From the NCBI RefSeq assembly GCF_006345805.1, contig NC_043025.1:15500001-15564000 (forward strand): DNA of 64,000 nt, read 5' to 3'. Positions 35,584-49,052 of the stretch are shown piece after piece. Within the stretch, counting starts at the first letter, position 1. Every line of letters begins with the position of its first letter. The notes beneath the pieces are model-generated. The model saw nothing but the letters and a program-made list of their open reading frames with translations. It ran no database searches and was not told where the DNA came from. The DNA comes from Octopus sinensis. Taxonomy: Eukaryota. A program made the translations under genes and the position numbers.

Positions 35584-36375
35584 ATTAGTTAGTTAGTTAG
35601 TTAATTTGGCTCAAAAGCAAATAGCAAGGCCATGTAGGGGGACATGGAGTTAAGTACAGGGTGGTGTTCATGTAAAGAGTTCAGGCCACTTGAGGTCCAG
35701 GGAGGCTTTGAACAAAGCGGTCGTCGGCATCTTCACCATCTCGTCTGGCAGCTTGTTCCACGGATCCGCAACCCGGACGGAGAAAGCTCCTCTCCTTCGA
35801 TTGAGATGAAATCGTCGCAGGTAGAGCTTTTCGGAATGACCCCGCAGCCGACGCTCCGGAGCAGGAGTGAAGAACAGCTCTTTCGAGAGGTTACACTTCC
35901 CGCTTATGATGTTGTGGGCGAGAATGAGATCACCACGGCGGCGGCGTTTTTCAAGAGAATAAAGGTCGAGCGTCCTCAGCCTTCCTTCGTAGGACAAATT
36001 TTTGAGACCATGAACCATGCAGGTAGCCAGCCTCTGGACTCTTTCGAGGTGCTGTATGTCTTTGAGGAGATAAGGAGAAGAGGCTTGAATCCCATACTCC
36101 AATATGGGTCTCACCAGCGTGACATAGAGTGGCAGGAATATGGCTGCTGTGAGCATTCCGAATGACCGTCGAATCAAAAACAGAATTCCGCGCGCTTTGT
36201 TGGCAGCATGGACGCACTGGGCCGAAGGCAAAAAGGAGGAATCCACCAAGATACCCAGGTCCTTTACCTGATCGGTCCTCTCCAGCAGCAGACGACCCGG
36301 CTCGAAATCAAGTTGAGTTGCAGGAGTAGAGCCGACAGGCAGATGACAGCACTTTGACAGGGCGAGGGTGGACAA
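35584..36375 (-). mobile_element. 5'-truncated CR1-clade LINE; open ORF2 C-terminus (stop 35668-35670), 3' UTR and (TAAC)n tail
   Basis: SKC..L...DLGILVDSSF..S.QC..AANKA..IL..IRRSF..LY.TLVRPILEY....SP....DI..LERVQR.AT..V.GL..LSYE.RL..L.LYSLE.RR.RGDLI is typical of CR1 ORF2. Confidence 0.95.
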
Positions 36376-36756
36376 GGTGACGATGTGGTTGGTATCAGTG
36401 AATGAGAGAGAGAGGGCTAGCAATCTGGGTCTGTGTTTTTACAACCCCCCACCCCCGCGACTACTGGGGCGGAAAATGAACGACAGAATACGTAAATACG
36501 TACCCAGATTTAAAAAAAAACAAGAAAAAAGCATTCGTGGGACTAAAATTTTTCAAGGCGGTGCTCCAGCATGGGCGCAATCTAATGACAAACAAGTAAA
36601 AAACAAAAGATACACAGAAGCACACACACGTATAAATATACATCTTTATAGGTGTGTGTGTGTATAATATTAGTAAAGAGTATGGAGAGCTAATACGGTA
36701 TACGTCCAGAGGATACATCCCTCCAAACACACACACAATATATATGTATATATATA

Positions 36757-36949
36757 TATAGCGTAGGAGTGGCTGTGTGGTAAGTAGCTTGCTTACCAAC
36801 CACATGGTTCCGGGTTCAGTCCCACTGTGTGGTATCTTGGGCAAGTGTCTTCTGCTATAGCCTCGGGCTGACGAAAGCCTTGTGAGTGGACTTGGTAGAC
36901 AGAAACTGAAAGAAGCCCGTCATATATATGTATATATATATATATATAT

Positions 36950-36987
<38 letters not shown>

Positions 36988-37208
36988 ATATATATGTATA
37001 TATATATATATATGTGTGTGTGTGTGCATGTGTGTTTGTGTGTCTGTCTCCCTAGCATTGCTTGACAACCGATGCTGGTGTGTTTACGTCCCTGTCACTT
37101 AGCGAATCGGCAAGAGAGAACCGATAGAATAAGTACTAGGCTTACAAAGAATAAGTCCTGCGGTGCTCCAGCATGGCCACAGTCACATGACTGAAACAAG
37201 TAAAAGAG
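36757..37208 (+). mobile_element. SINE family 1
   Basis: Matches the family consensus. Confidence 0.9.
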
Positions 37209-37738
37209 TATATATAGTCGTAGAGGAAGGTCGTCATTATTTTCTGATTCAGCGTTTTCCCGTTGTTGCATCCATCCATTTACACGCACTGCCAATGAGT
37301 CATAAAAACAGCTATTTTTAAAGAGCCCAGGTGAGGAGGCAGGTGAGAGTTTCTGTTCTATTCATGAGGCGGTTCGACGAACTTGTGTGTGTGTGTGTCT
37401 GTGTGTTGACAAACGTGAGAAAAGAACTACACATCCATCCATATATATACATACATTTATTTACATACACGTACTTATATATAGGTATACACAGACAGAC
37501 AAAGAGGTACAGAGTCGTTGACCAGGTAACACACATCCGAAAACGTCCTCATTACATGAAAAGACACCTCGCTCTCTCTCCTCTGCCCCCCCACCCCCAC
37601 TCATTACATAATACTGTCGCACGAGCCTACCGCGGGAAGGGATTAGTAGGTAGATCGGCTTGCTAGAAATAATAGTCAAATCTCCAAATTACGCTATTGT
37701 CAATTAAGATATATTATTATCTAGAGAGAGTTGTTCTG

Positions 37739-38148
37739 GGATCTTTTCGGTTTGAACGGCAGTTTTTTCTAGCAGTGTCATATGAAATTGTCACCCATAA
37801 TTATGACCCTAGTATCGATATATTGCATTTCAATCTATTTTGGGGTTGGGGGTGGGGGGAAGGGTATCTTTTCTTCTTCAGAAATGTAAATAAACCCAAT
37901 GTTTCTTAAACGAGGGACATATTCATACGGCACAGAATGTTTTCACCGCAATAAAAGTCATTGATTGGTTGAAATTGCAGAAATTGAAGAAAAAAAAACA
38001 ACAAATATCTTACAAAGTATAGAATTTTCTCAATAAAGCCAAGAGAAAAAGATGTTTTATAAACACATTCTACCAGTATACGAAGTTTAAAAGGGTTTAG
38101 TTAGGTGGAAATTATTTTAAAAAACTGCCGGTCAAACCGAAAAGATTC
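37739..38148. mobile_element. GG-ended MITE with 8-bp TSD (Merlin-like)
   Basis: TIR GGATCTTTTCGGTTTGAACGGCAG / CTGCCGGTCAAACCGAAAAGATTC; TSD TTGTTCTG/TTGTTCTA. Partial copy at ~39887-40070. Confidence 0.8.
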
Positions 38149-38209
38149 TTGTTCTATTTTAATGCTTCATTAACACACACACAGGTTCGATTTCCACTCA
38201 TTTTGTTTT

Positions 38210-38246
38210 CTAAACGTTTCGTTGCTTCTTGCAACCTCTTCATTAG
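38210..38246 (-). ncRNA. Hammerhead-like motif with non-canonical core (copy 1)
   Basis: CUA-AUGAAGA-G-GUUGC(AAGAA)GCAAC-GAAAC-GUU-UAG; C3 replaced by A. Confidence 0.4.
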
Positions 38247-38428
38247 CCGTTCACTGTCCGTTATCAGAGCTACTATTTGTTTGCTTTAACACACGAATCC
38301 ACATAAAGAACCTTGCAAAATAAATACGAAATACATACATATATACACATGTACGTATGCACACACATACATATATATACATACATAAACACACACATAC
38401 ATACATACATACATACATACATACATAA

Positions 38429-38461
<33 letters not shown>

Positions 38462-38612
38462 TACATACATAAACACACACACATACATACATACATACAT
38501 ACATAATACATACATACATGCATACATAGTACATACATACATACATACATGCATGCATACATACATACATACATAACACACACACAGGTTCGATTTCCAC
38601 TCATTTTGTTTT

Positions 38613-38649
38613 CTAAACGTTTCGTTGCTTCTTGCAACCTCTTCATTAG
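38613..38649 (-). ncRNA. Hammerhead-like motif with non-canonical core (copy 2)
   Basis: Identical to 38210-38246. Confidence 0.4.
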
Positions 38650-41472
38650 CCGTTCACTGTCCGTTATCAGAGCTACTATTTGTTTGCTTTAACACACGAA
38701 TCCACATAAAGAACCTTGCAAAATAAATACGAAATACATACATATATACACATGTACGTATGCACACACATACATACATACATACATAGATATATATACA
38801 TAGATACATACATAAACACACACACATACATACATACACACACATACATACATAAATACATACATACATACATACATGCATACATAGTACATACATACAT
38901 ACATGCATGCATACATACATACATAAACACACACACATACATACATACACACACACAGAGAGACATGCATGCATACATACATACATTTCATATATACACA
39001 CATACACAAATACATACATACATACATACATTCATGCATACATACACACACACACACACATACATACATACACACATATGCGCAGGCGTGGCTGTCTTCT
39101 TAGTCAGAGGCTGACCAAAGCCTTGTCGTACATGTGTCCCTCTCACAACCACTTGGCAACCGGTACTGGTGTGTTTACGTCCCTGTGACCTAGTGGCTCG
39201 GCAAAGGGACCGATACAATAAGTAGCAGACTTAAAAATAAATACTGGCGTCGATTCGTTCGACCAAAAATTCTTCAATACGTGGCTCCAATCTAATTGAC
39301 TGAAAGTCACGCACACACACACACTCACTCCTCACTCATTTATTCACTCACTCACTCACACACACAAACACACACACACAAACACTCACTCACTTACTCA
39401 CGCACACACACACAAACACTTATTCACTCTCACACACACACTCACACACAAACACTCACTCACTCACTTATTCACTCTCACACACACACTCACTCACTCA
39501 CACACACACACACTCACTCCTCACACACTCACACACAAACACACACAAGAACACACACACACGAGCACGTGTGCCTGACACGGTGAGAGAGTTAGTTTTA
39601 TCCTCCCATCCTAATTTCTTTCATTTCGTTGTCGCAATATCGATTACCAGATCGATACAGGGTGTTCACAGCTCGGTTATATAACACCCACACTGCATAG
39701 ACACCGTGTAGAAGATATGGGTGGATGAATTTTCTAAATTTCGGTGTGCTGTTTGTTAAGCAGACGTGTGTGTGTGTGCGTATACGAACACACTTTTGTG
39801 TGTGTGTGTGTGTGTGTGTGTGCATTCGATCATGCTTGTGTGTGTGTATGCATGTGCACATTTGTGTGCGTGTGTATACACATCAGGGATCTTTTCCGTT
39901 TCAACAGCAGTTTTTTCTAGCGGTGTCATATGAAATTGTCACCCATAATTATGACCCTAGTATCGATCTATTGCATTTCAATCTGTTTTAGGGTTAGGGG
40001 TAGGGGAAGGGTATCTTTTTTTTCTTCAGAAATGTAAATAAATCCAATCTGTTTCTTAAATGAGGGACATATACCATGTCCAAATATAAACACGACAGGA
40101 TGGCAATGGCTTGAACGGTTTTTACCATCGTCCTGCTCGAATCACGTTGACCTGTTGCTCAACAACAAATATATTCAACAAATCCGTTATCTCACCTCAC
40201 AGAAGACTCTGTGATGCGAAATCAACTCATTTAGTATGATGAACTCAACACTGACAATCAACATGTTAATTCATCAACCATATTTTTCATGTTTGTATCT
40301 GAACCCTCTTTTAAAGGAAACAATATCCAAAGAATGGTCATTTTGCCAGTTTAACAAATAAAAACACACGCACTATATATTTGGTGTTACTTTGCTTCAG
40401 CGTTATTTATATTTTACATTAATCTTAATCTTGTTTTGGCCAGAGATCTTTCGTCACACTCCTGTTGATTTTTTAATGGCTTTGCGGGGTGACTGGGGAA
40501 ATGTAAAGATGTGCACGGCCACCCTTGGACGGTTTTGAATGACCATAGAAAGTGTGAGCCCTCTAACTGAAAAATTGCGGATTTGTATAAAGGACACGCA
40601 TGCAGACATTTTGCCATTTATATATAGAGAGATAAAGAATGATTAATTTTGAAGGCGGATCCACTGAAGTAAATGAAGTCGATGGGAAGCAACTCAATTT
40701 ATTAACAGGTCCGCAAATCAACTGAGAGACTTTAGAGTTAGTTCCCTTGTAATGTGACGTTTTATACTGATTCTAAACATAAGACTAACGGTTGAACCAG
40801 AACGACATATGCCATGCATGAGTGGTGTTCTGGGTTTTAACCTTATTGTTTTCAGTCAAGATAGCGTGGCCATGCTGGGGCATCACTTCAAAGGTTCTTA
40901 GTAGATCGTATCGATCCCTCCTCTCGATTCAGAATATTTTACAAACCCCTATTTGTCCCACAGCTGACTTTCAGGGAATAAACGAATTCAGACAAGTCTA
41001 AACACAGACATTGTGTGTGTGTGTGTGGAGGCGTGGCTGTGTGGTAAGAAGCTTGCTTCCCAACCACATGGTTCCGGGTTCAGTCTCACTGTGGGCACTG
41101 TCTTCTACTATAGCACCAGATCGACCAAAGCCTTGAGAGGATGTGGTAGAACAGAGACTCAAATAAGTTCGTCGCGCGCACGTGTCATAGCCATGAGACG
41201 GTGTTGGTTAGTTTACGTCCATGTAATCTAGCGGTTCGGCAAAAAGTAGGAATTATAGAAAAGTCTTTTACTCCTTTTACTTGCTTCAGTCATTTGACTG
41301 CGACCATGCTGGAGCACCGCCTTTAGTCGAACAAATCGACCCCAAGACTTATTCTTTGTAAGCCTAATACTTATTCTATCGGTTGTCTTTGCCGAACTGC
41401 TAGCATAACGGGGACGTAAACACACACCAACATCGGTTGTCAAGCGATTGGGGGGGGGGACTCAAACACACG

Positions 41473-41502
<30 letters not shown>

Positions 41503-41503
<1 letters not shown>

Positions 41504-42250
41504 GACAATTATTTGGTAGCCATGATTAGACTCCGAGTTTCGGATGTCGGGGTGAAAATCCACACATCCACACGCGCGCACAATGTGTGCGTGTGTGCGG
41601 GTATGTTCGTATATAGATGTGTGTGTGTGCGTGCATACGAGTATGTGCGTAATTAGACATGTTTTACTTGTTTTTTTTAATACATTTTTACACATTTTCC
41701 TGTATTTTGCCTTTAGCCCTGCTTTTTCTTGTGCATGTGCGTATATGGACGTGTGTATGAACCTTTTTGGTGCGCGCGTGTGTGTAGGGGGATTGTGTGT
41801 GTGTGTGTGTATATATATATTTATATATATATATAAATATATATATATTTGGCGAAAGGTGTAGGTGAGAATGTGTGTGTTTCAAGTGAGGGTGGATGAG
41901 TGTATACTTATAGGGTGTGTGGGCGTGCATGTGTAGGTATGGACATGAGAGCTTACGCGAATACTATGAACATTTTTACCCCCTTACTCTTACTCCTTCC
42001 CCTTACTTAGCGGTCATTCAAATAGCTCTTTTGTCTTAATAACGGTCAATCACACAGTAATTTCCCTTTGTATAACGGTCATTTCTTCCGATGTCCGGAT
42101 AACTGAAGAGATGGCGGCGTGGACTTCCACCTCGACATCCGAAACTCGGAGTTTTATCATGGCTAACGAATAATTGTCTCGTATTACATTTACAGATAAA
42201 TTCCTCTATTTACATAATATCCAGGTCTCTTTCATTGTCTTACCATTTCT
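41503..42250. mobile_element. Non-autonomous Penelope-like element: partial inverted terminus, body, and hammerhead-bearing terminus
   Basis: 41503-41563 is an inverted partial copy of 42120-42180; (TA)n at both ends. Confidence 0.55.
42098..42158 (+). ncRNA. Type-I hammerhead ribozyme motif with long stem II
   Basis: GAUAA-CUGAAGA-[~13-bp stem II, 2 mismatches]-C-GAAA-CUC-G-GAG-UU-UUAUC. Confidence 0.65.
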
Positions 42251-42774
42251 TTCAACATATATATATACACACACACATAGACGGCGGAATCCTTTTCAGT
42301 TTCCGTTTACCAAATCTACTCAGAAGGCTTTGGTAGGCCTGAGGCTATAGAAGATAGTTGCCCAAGGTGCCACGCAGTGCGACTGAACCTAGAACCATGT
42401 GGTTGGTAAGCAATCTTCTTAACACACAACCATGTCTGTGCCTAGAAAATAAAACTAACAGAGGAGTCGATCTGTGCGACTAAAACCCTTCGTGGAATCA
42501 TTCCAGCATGGCCGCAGTCAAATGACTAAAAGCCGTCGAAGACGGTGTATGAGCATCCAGCATTTGGCGAGCGACCTGCACAAATGATTTGGTTTTGTAA
42601 GAGATCAAATCGGTGTTGCCTGAACAGGTGCGCGGTGTAGCACGCGTCAGGTGTGGAAGTGATCGCAGAGTAACATGAAATGATGTGTTTTGCCCGAGAA
42701 GACAACGCAGCACTCGGTCTAGGAATCGAAACTGCGATCGTGAGTGCAACAGCCTAACCGCTGAGCCGATGACT

Positions 42775-43205
42775 GCCTCCGGTGCATTCTTCGCTGCCGT
42801 CGGGTGGATCGTGTTCCCACCACCAATCTCCGACATCGCCTGTCTCTGCGGCCCCTTCCATCTGTCCTTCTGCAACGGCACTTGCGGTGGTTTGGCCATG
42901 CATGTAGGCGTCCGGTGGGTGAACTGAGCCGTGATGTCCTTCTCCCGACTCCACTTCCCAACTGGCGGAAACGTGCGGGTGGGCAGCTGAAGACCTGGGT
43001 TACGACGATCAAGGAGGACCTCTCCGTGTTCACGGGTCCGAAGGTGGTCGGCCTGTGCCGATGGAACCGTGACTGGCTCGCTATCTCCAGTGAACTGGCG
43101 CAGGACCGTCGTGCGTGGGCTGCCATGGTTCGAGATGGCTCGAGGGTGGTAGAAGAAGCCGACTCAACCCACCCAGGGTGAATGTCGCCTCAAGTACAAG
43201 TAAGT
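42775..43205 (+). mobile_element. 5'-truncated RTE-clade LINE 3' end with open ORF2 C-terminus (to 43181)
   Basis: LRWFGHACRRP..KRAGGQLKTW..TIKEDL..AQDRRAWAAMVRD..; tail 'CAAGTACAAGTAAGTA'. Confidence 0.85.
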
Positions 43206-43750
43206 ACCACTGAGCCATGCGTCCTCACACACACAAACTTACATCAAAGATCGAAGTTATCTCCCCTGCATAATTCAGCCTCGAATTTCGTTTCAACGTT
43301 ATTTCGTTCTTATTTTCCATTTTCGTTTCCGCTTGGAAATGGAAACGTCGTAACCATCACCCCTTCACAGGGCCCCAGGAATTGGTGAAGGGATGTGGGA
43401 AGAACAGAATAGCTTTATATTTTCAAACCCGCAAAACTGAATCGATGAAATACTCGCACTTTGAATCTATCAAGCACCGGACGGTGTTAAAGCTGGGCGA
43501 CGCATTAATAGGTAGGCGTGTGTGTGTGTTCATGTTTGTCACCCCACCATCATTTGACAACCGGTGTTGGTGTGTTTATGTTCTCATAATTTAGCAGTTT
43601 GACAAACGAGTCCAATAGAATAAGTACAAGGCTTAAAAATAAGTGCTGGGAGTCGAATTGCTTGACCAAAACACAGGGTGGTGCTCCATCATGGCCACAG
43701 TCAAATCACTGAAACTCGAATAAAAGAATAAACACATACATATATTATAT

Positions 43751-43920
43751 ATAGGTGCAGGAGTGGCTGTGTGGTAAGTAGCTTGCTTACCAACCACATG
43801 GTTCCAGGTTCAGTCCCACTGCGTGGCACCTTGGGTAAGTGTCTTCTACTATAGCCTCGGGCCGACCAAAGCCTTGTGAGTGGATTTGGTAGACGGAAAC
43901 TGAAAGAAGCCCGTCGTATA

Positions 43921-43951
<31 letters not shown>

Positions 43952-44171
43952 GCGTGTTTGTGTGTCTGTGTTTGTCCCCCTAGCATTGCTTGACGACCGG
44001 TGGTGGTGTGTTTATGTCCCCGTCACTGAGCAGTTCGGCAAAAGAGACCGATAGAATAAGTACTGGGCTTACAAAAAAAGAATAAGTCCTGAGGTCGATT
44101 TGCTCGATTAAAGGCGGTGCTCCAGCACGGCCGCAGTCAAATGACTGAAACAAGTAAAAGAGAGAAAGAGA
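43751..44171 (+). mobile_element. SINE family 1, full length
   Basis: Matches the family consensus. Confidence 0.9.
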
Positions 44172-44439
44172 AATACATGTATATATATGTATGCACACAT
44201 ACCTCCAAGCTACGAAGTAGTCCCAAGCTGTTGTCTGCATCTTCCGTCCCATTCACAACGTAGTCCTCATCTTGTACAATGAACTGCGTCACTGCTGGAC
44301 ATCTTACAAGCACAAAGGATGGACACAGCCTCTCACTGACATTATATTCACCATCAGTAGAGGAATGTACGTGTGTGTATGTGTATAAGCAGGTACTCCT
44401 ACATATACAAGAATGTGAGTGTATGTGTGTATATGTAAA

Positions 44440-44487
<48 letters not shown>

Positions 44488-44890
44488 CTACCTATCTATG
44501 TATATATCTGTCTATCTATGTATATATCTGTCTATCTATGTATATATCTGTCTATCTATGTATGTATATCTTTTTACGATCCCTTTTGATCGAAAACCAA
44601 ACCCCCTTTTTTATCCCCAAAAGAAATGTCTACCTTGTAATTTGTCCAGTCTTTGTCCAGCCCTGTGTGGCTAATAAACATATCTATCTATCTATATATA
44701 TATATACATACATATACATATATATATACATACATACACATATATATAGATACATACATATACATACATACATACATACATATATATATATACATACATA
44801 TATATATACGTACATACATACATACATATATATATATACATACATATATATATACGTACATACATACATACATACATATGTATATAGATA

Positions 44891-45033
44891 TTTATCAATA
44901 TTTAGCGGAAGCAACAGAGTGACTCAAGGTGCAAGAGGTTTGTGCAGAGGCACTTACCAAACTTTGGTGAGTGCCAACGCACGAAGCTCTTGGAACTTGA
45001 ATCACCCTGTTATGTCTGATAAATATTAATAAA
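44891..45033. repeat. ~143-nt imperfect fold-back hairpin
   Basis: 38-bp outer arms plus inner stems CAAGAG/CTCTTG and GGCACTTACC/GGTGAGTGCC. Confidence 0.75.
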
Positions 45034-45108
45034 AATATACACATACTCATATTTCAAGTCCTATTTTTCCTGTTTGTTCCAACATCATATATATGTATAT
45101 ACATACAT

Positions 45109-45156
<48 letters not shown>

Positions 45157-45286
45157 GATGAAATATATTGATGGCCACTCCACAATTATTTTTTTCCAAT
45201 GTCATGTTTATCAGCAAGGACACTAAATATTACACACACACATTTTATTTTACAGTGTGTGTGTGTGTGTGTATGCATGTATATAT

Positions 45287-45702
45287 ATAGGCGCAGTAGT
45301 GGCTGTGTGGTAAGTAGCTTGCTTACCAACTACATGGTTCCGGGTTCAGTCCCACTGCATGGCACCTTGGGCAAGTGTCTTCTACTACCACCTTGGGCCG
45401 ACCAAAGCCTTGTGAGTGGATTTGGCAGACGGAAATTGAAAAAAGCCTGTCGTATATATGTATATATATGTATGTATGTGTGTATGTTTGTGTGTCTGTG
45501 TTTGTCCCCCTAGCATTGCTTGACAACTGATGCTGGTGTGTTTATGTCCCCGTCACTTAGTGGTTCGGCAAAAGAGACCGATAGAATAAGTACAGGGCTT
45601 ACAAAGAATAAGTCCCGGGATCGAGTTGCTTGATTAAAGGCGGTGCTCCAGCATGGCTGCAGTCAAATGACTGAAACAACTAAAAGAGTAAATGAGTAAG
45701 AG

Positions 45703-45703
<1 letters not shown>
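45287..45703 (+). mobile_element. SINE family 1, full length
   Basis: Matches the family consensus. Confidence 0.9.
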
Positions 45704-45744
<41 letters not shown>

Positions 45745-46504
45745 AAAATCAAAATGAGGGTGAAAAATTGGTTATTAATTTTATAACATCAATTTAACAC
45801 CAGTGGTCTAGCATATAAAAAACTGAGATTCAGTAAATTCGGGTCTCTTTCTAGCGTAAGAGTTTCCACACAGTGGTTCCCTCTTATATTTATGTATGTG
45901 TGTGTATATATATATATATATATTTATGACATACACACACAACTCTCACTGTCTCTCTACACATACATATATACACACACAATATATCTCTCACCGGCCA
46001 TCCCTATACATGCATGCATATACACCCGCCCACCCCACAAACCCATATGTATATAAATATATGCACATAAAAACATTCTAGAGATGTAATACCTAAGATA
46101 ACGAGGCATGCAACCCCCCCACCCCACCCCGTGCCTCGACAACACCAAACTATGTGGAGGAATTCCATGCAGATAAGACCAGTGACTCATCACCATTATG
46201 AAAATAGTGGTGGTCATGATTGGAGTGTTGATAAGGGCAAACACATCATCGCACCAATGGGAAGTTAAACAAAACAACAACAACAATACTTTCTGCTATA
46301 AGCACAAGGCCTGAAATTTTGGGGGAGGGGGACTATCGATTACATTGACCCCAGTGTTCTACTGGTACTGATTTATCAAAAGCACCAACCGTTCGTGGCT
46401 GTTTGCCAGCCTGCTCTGGCCCCCTGTGCCGGTGGCACGTAAAAAACACCCACTACACTCACAGAGTGGTTGGCGTTAGAAACAGCTGTAGAAACACTGC
46501 CAAT

Positions 46505-46784
46505 TCAGACTAGAGCCTGGTGCAGCCTCCATGGCTTACCAGACCCCGGTCAAACCGTCCGACTCATAGAGACTGGTGCTGCCTCCATGGCTTACCAGAC
46601 CCTGGTCAAACCGTCCGACTCATAGAGACTGGTGCTGCCTCCATGGCTTACCAGACCCTGGTCAAACCGTCCGACTCATAGAGACTGGTGCTGCCTCCAT
46701 GGCTTACCAGACCCCGGTCGAACCGTCCGACTCATAGAGACTGGTGCTGCCTCCATGGCTTACCAGACCCCGGTCGAACCGTCC
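46505..46784. repeat. 56-bp minisatellite, 5 units, inside an RTE-tailed element (46385-46835)
   Basis: Unit GACTCATAGAGACTGGTGCTGCCTCCATGGCTTACCAGACCCYGGTCRAACCGTCC starts at 46561, 46617, 46673 and 46729. Confidence 0.95.
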
Positions 46785-47961
46785 AACCCATGCTAGCATG
46801 GAAAACGGACGTTAAATGATGATGATGATGATGATAAGAATGAAAGGCAAAATCAAACTCAATGGAATTTGAACTCAGAATGTAAAAACGGACAAAATGC
46901 CACAAAGCATTTCACCCGGTCTGCTAACGATTCTGCCAGCGCATCACCGTATATTATAACAACAACAAAAATAATAATAATAATGATGATTTCAAATTTT
47001 GGCACAAGCCAGCAATTTCAGGGATGGGGTAAGTCAATTACATCGACCCCAGTGTCCCACTGGTACTTTTTTTATCGACCCTGAAGGGATGAGAGGCAAA
47101 GTTGACCTTGGCAGGTTTTGAACTCAGAATGAAGTGGCAGCCGAAATACTGTTAAGTATTTTGCCTGGTGTGCTAACGATTCTGCCAGCTCGCTGCCTTA
47201 TTTATAATAATTATTATTTCAAATTTTTGCCACAAGGGCAGCTTGGGGGAGGAGGGGAAGAGTCGATTACATCGACCCCAGTGTTCAACTGGTACTTATT
47301 TAATCGACCCCAAAAGGATGAAAGGCAAAGTCAACCTCGGTGGAATTCGAACTCAGAATGTGGCAACGGGCGAGACACCGCTAAGCATTTCATCCAGAAA
47401 GCTAATTATTCACAGCCAGCTCGACTAAAAATTCAAGGTGGTGCCCCAGCATGGCCAAAGTGAAAGATTAAAGAAGCTACAAGTGCAGTTAATAAATTCA
47501 TATTGCAACCATGAGGCATCAGGTTTCAATTCCACTTTGCAGTACCTCAGACTGACCATTAGTAAAAATTGGTAGAAAGAAACTGTAAGGAAGCCTAATA
47601 TATATTTGAGGATCAATTTTCCATTCGATGCTAGTATATGTTGGATAGGGTTTGTCATGGTTGGAATCGGCTCTTGTTCAGCGATATCCCTCCTTGAATG
47701 AGTTGGATGTGCCTCATTTTTGGCAGGGTCATGGCTGGATGCCCTTTCTGTCACCAACCATGCTACGGAGTGGACTGGTAACTGGCAATATTTTATTGCC
47801 GGTCTATAATATACATAATACACCAGCACTATAAATATACATACACACACACGTAGACATATATATACATATACACATGCCCATATACATATGCTCACAC
47901 ATGTACGCATCCAAAAACAAACATATATACACAGACAAATGCAAACAGAAAAGTACATGCA

Positions 47962-47994
<33 letters not shown>

Positions 47995-49052
47995 GCATTC
48001 AGATCTTGTGATTTTGTAAGGAAATCAATATTCTCTTTTTTGTTTTTCTGTCTGCCAGTTTCGGAAAAGCAGGGTTATTAATCATAATTAACACAGATTC
48101 TGCCTTGGATTTAGGTCAATGCTTCCTGACTGTTTTTCTTTCTATCGACCCCTTTGATTACCATTTTATTCTGGTGGTTCCCCCACCCTGTAGCCATTCA
48201 TCATTTAACATCTGCCTTCCATGGATGGGACGGTACCACAAGCCTGCACCAGACTTCTGTGACTGTTTTGGCAGGATTTTGACAGCTGGATGCCCTTCAC
48301 AACACCAACCATTCAGCAGAGTGGACTTAGTGCTTTTTATGTGGCACCAGCACAGGCGAGGTCAGTTGTGGCAAGGTTTTTACAGCTGGATGCCCTTCAC
48401 AACACCAACCACTTTACAGTGTGGACTGGGGTGCCTTTAGAGTGGCACCTGCACTGACAGGGTCACCAAGACAAAAAAAAAAAGAAAAAAGAAAAAAAAA
48501 ACTTGCTTTATAGATACTTCTTTCCAGATTCCTATTGTGTTCTTCCCACATTTCCTTGTGTAGGTTTGAAATTACATTCACTAGGAGAACATTTCAGTGC
48601 CAGAATGATGTTAAAACGGTAGAAAAAGAGACCTTGCTGTTCCTTGCAACAAATACATCAAACACATAATTTTGTCATGGACCCTTAATTTACTTCTATA
48701 AACCCCCAATTTACTATTTTGCTCCCTATTTTGTTTTCCCTATTTCGTTTTCCACATTTCCACTTTTGCAGATTTTTCGCAACAACACTCTCAGAAAGAA
48801 CAGGTCTCAGTGGCCAGAAGCAGGTTAGCCCTTTACTGCTTAAACTGACTACATCCGGCCAAAATATTTCTACTTGTTTTATATTCAAATTGGCCAGATC
48901 CAGCCTCTCACACTTCCCATACAATGCTCTCCTTCAAATGAGCAATCGCATCATCAAAAGCTATGAGATAATGCAGGATTAATTGAAAACAATACGCATT
49001 ATATTTGACAGGGGAATCCGGATGCTAAAAGGCTGAACTACATAGAATATTA

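Larger units (their letters stand above)
38183..39065. repeat. 403-bp tandem duplication (unique segment plus CATA microsatellite)
   Basis: 38183-38368 is identical by eye to 38586-38771. Confidence 0.95.

Noticed and set aside
37200-43500. Apparently CpG-richer domain suggesting a promoter
   Set aside because: Impression only, not quantified, and largely attributable to younger repeats.
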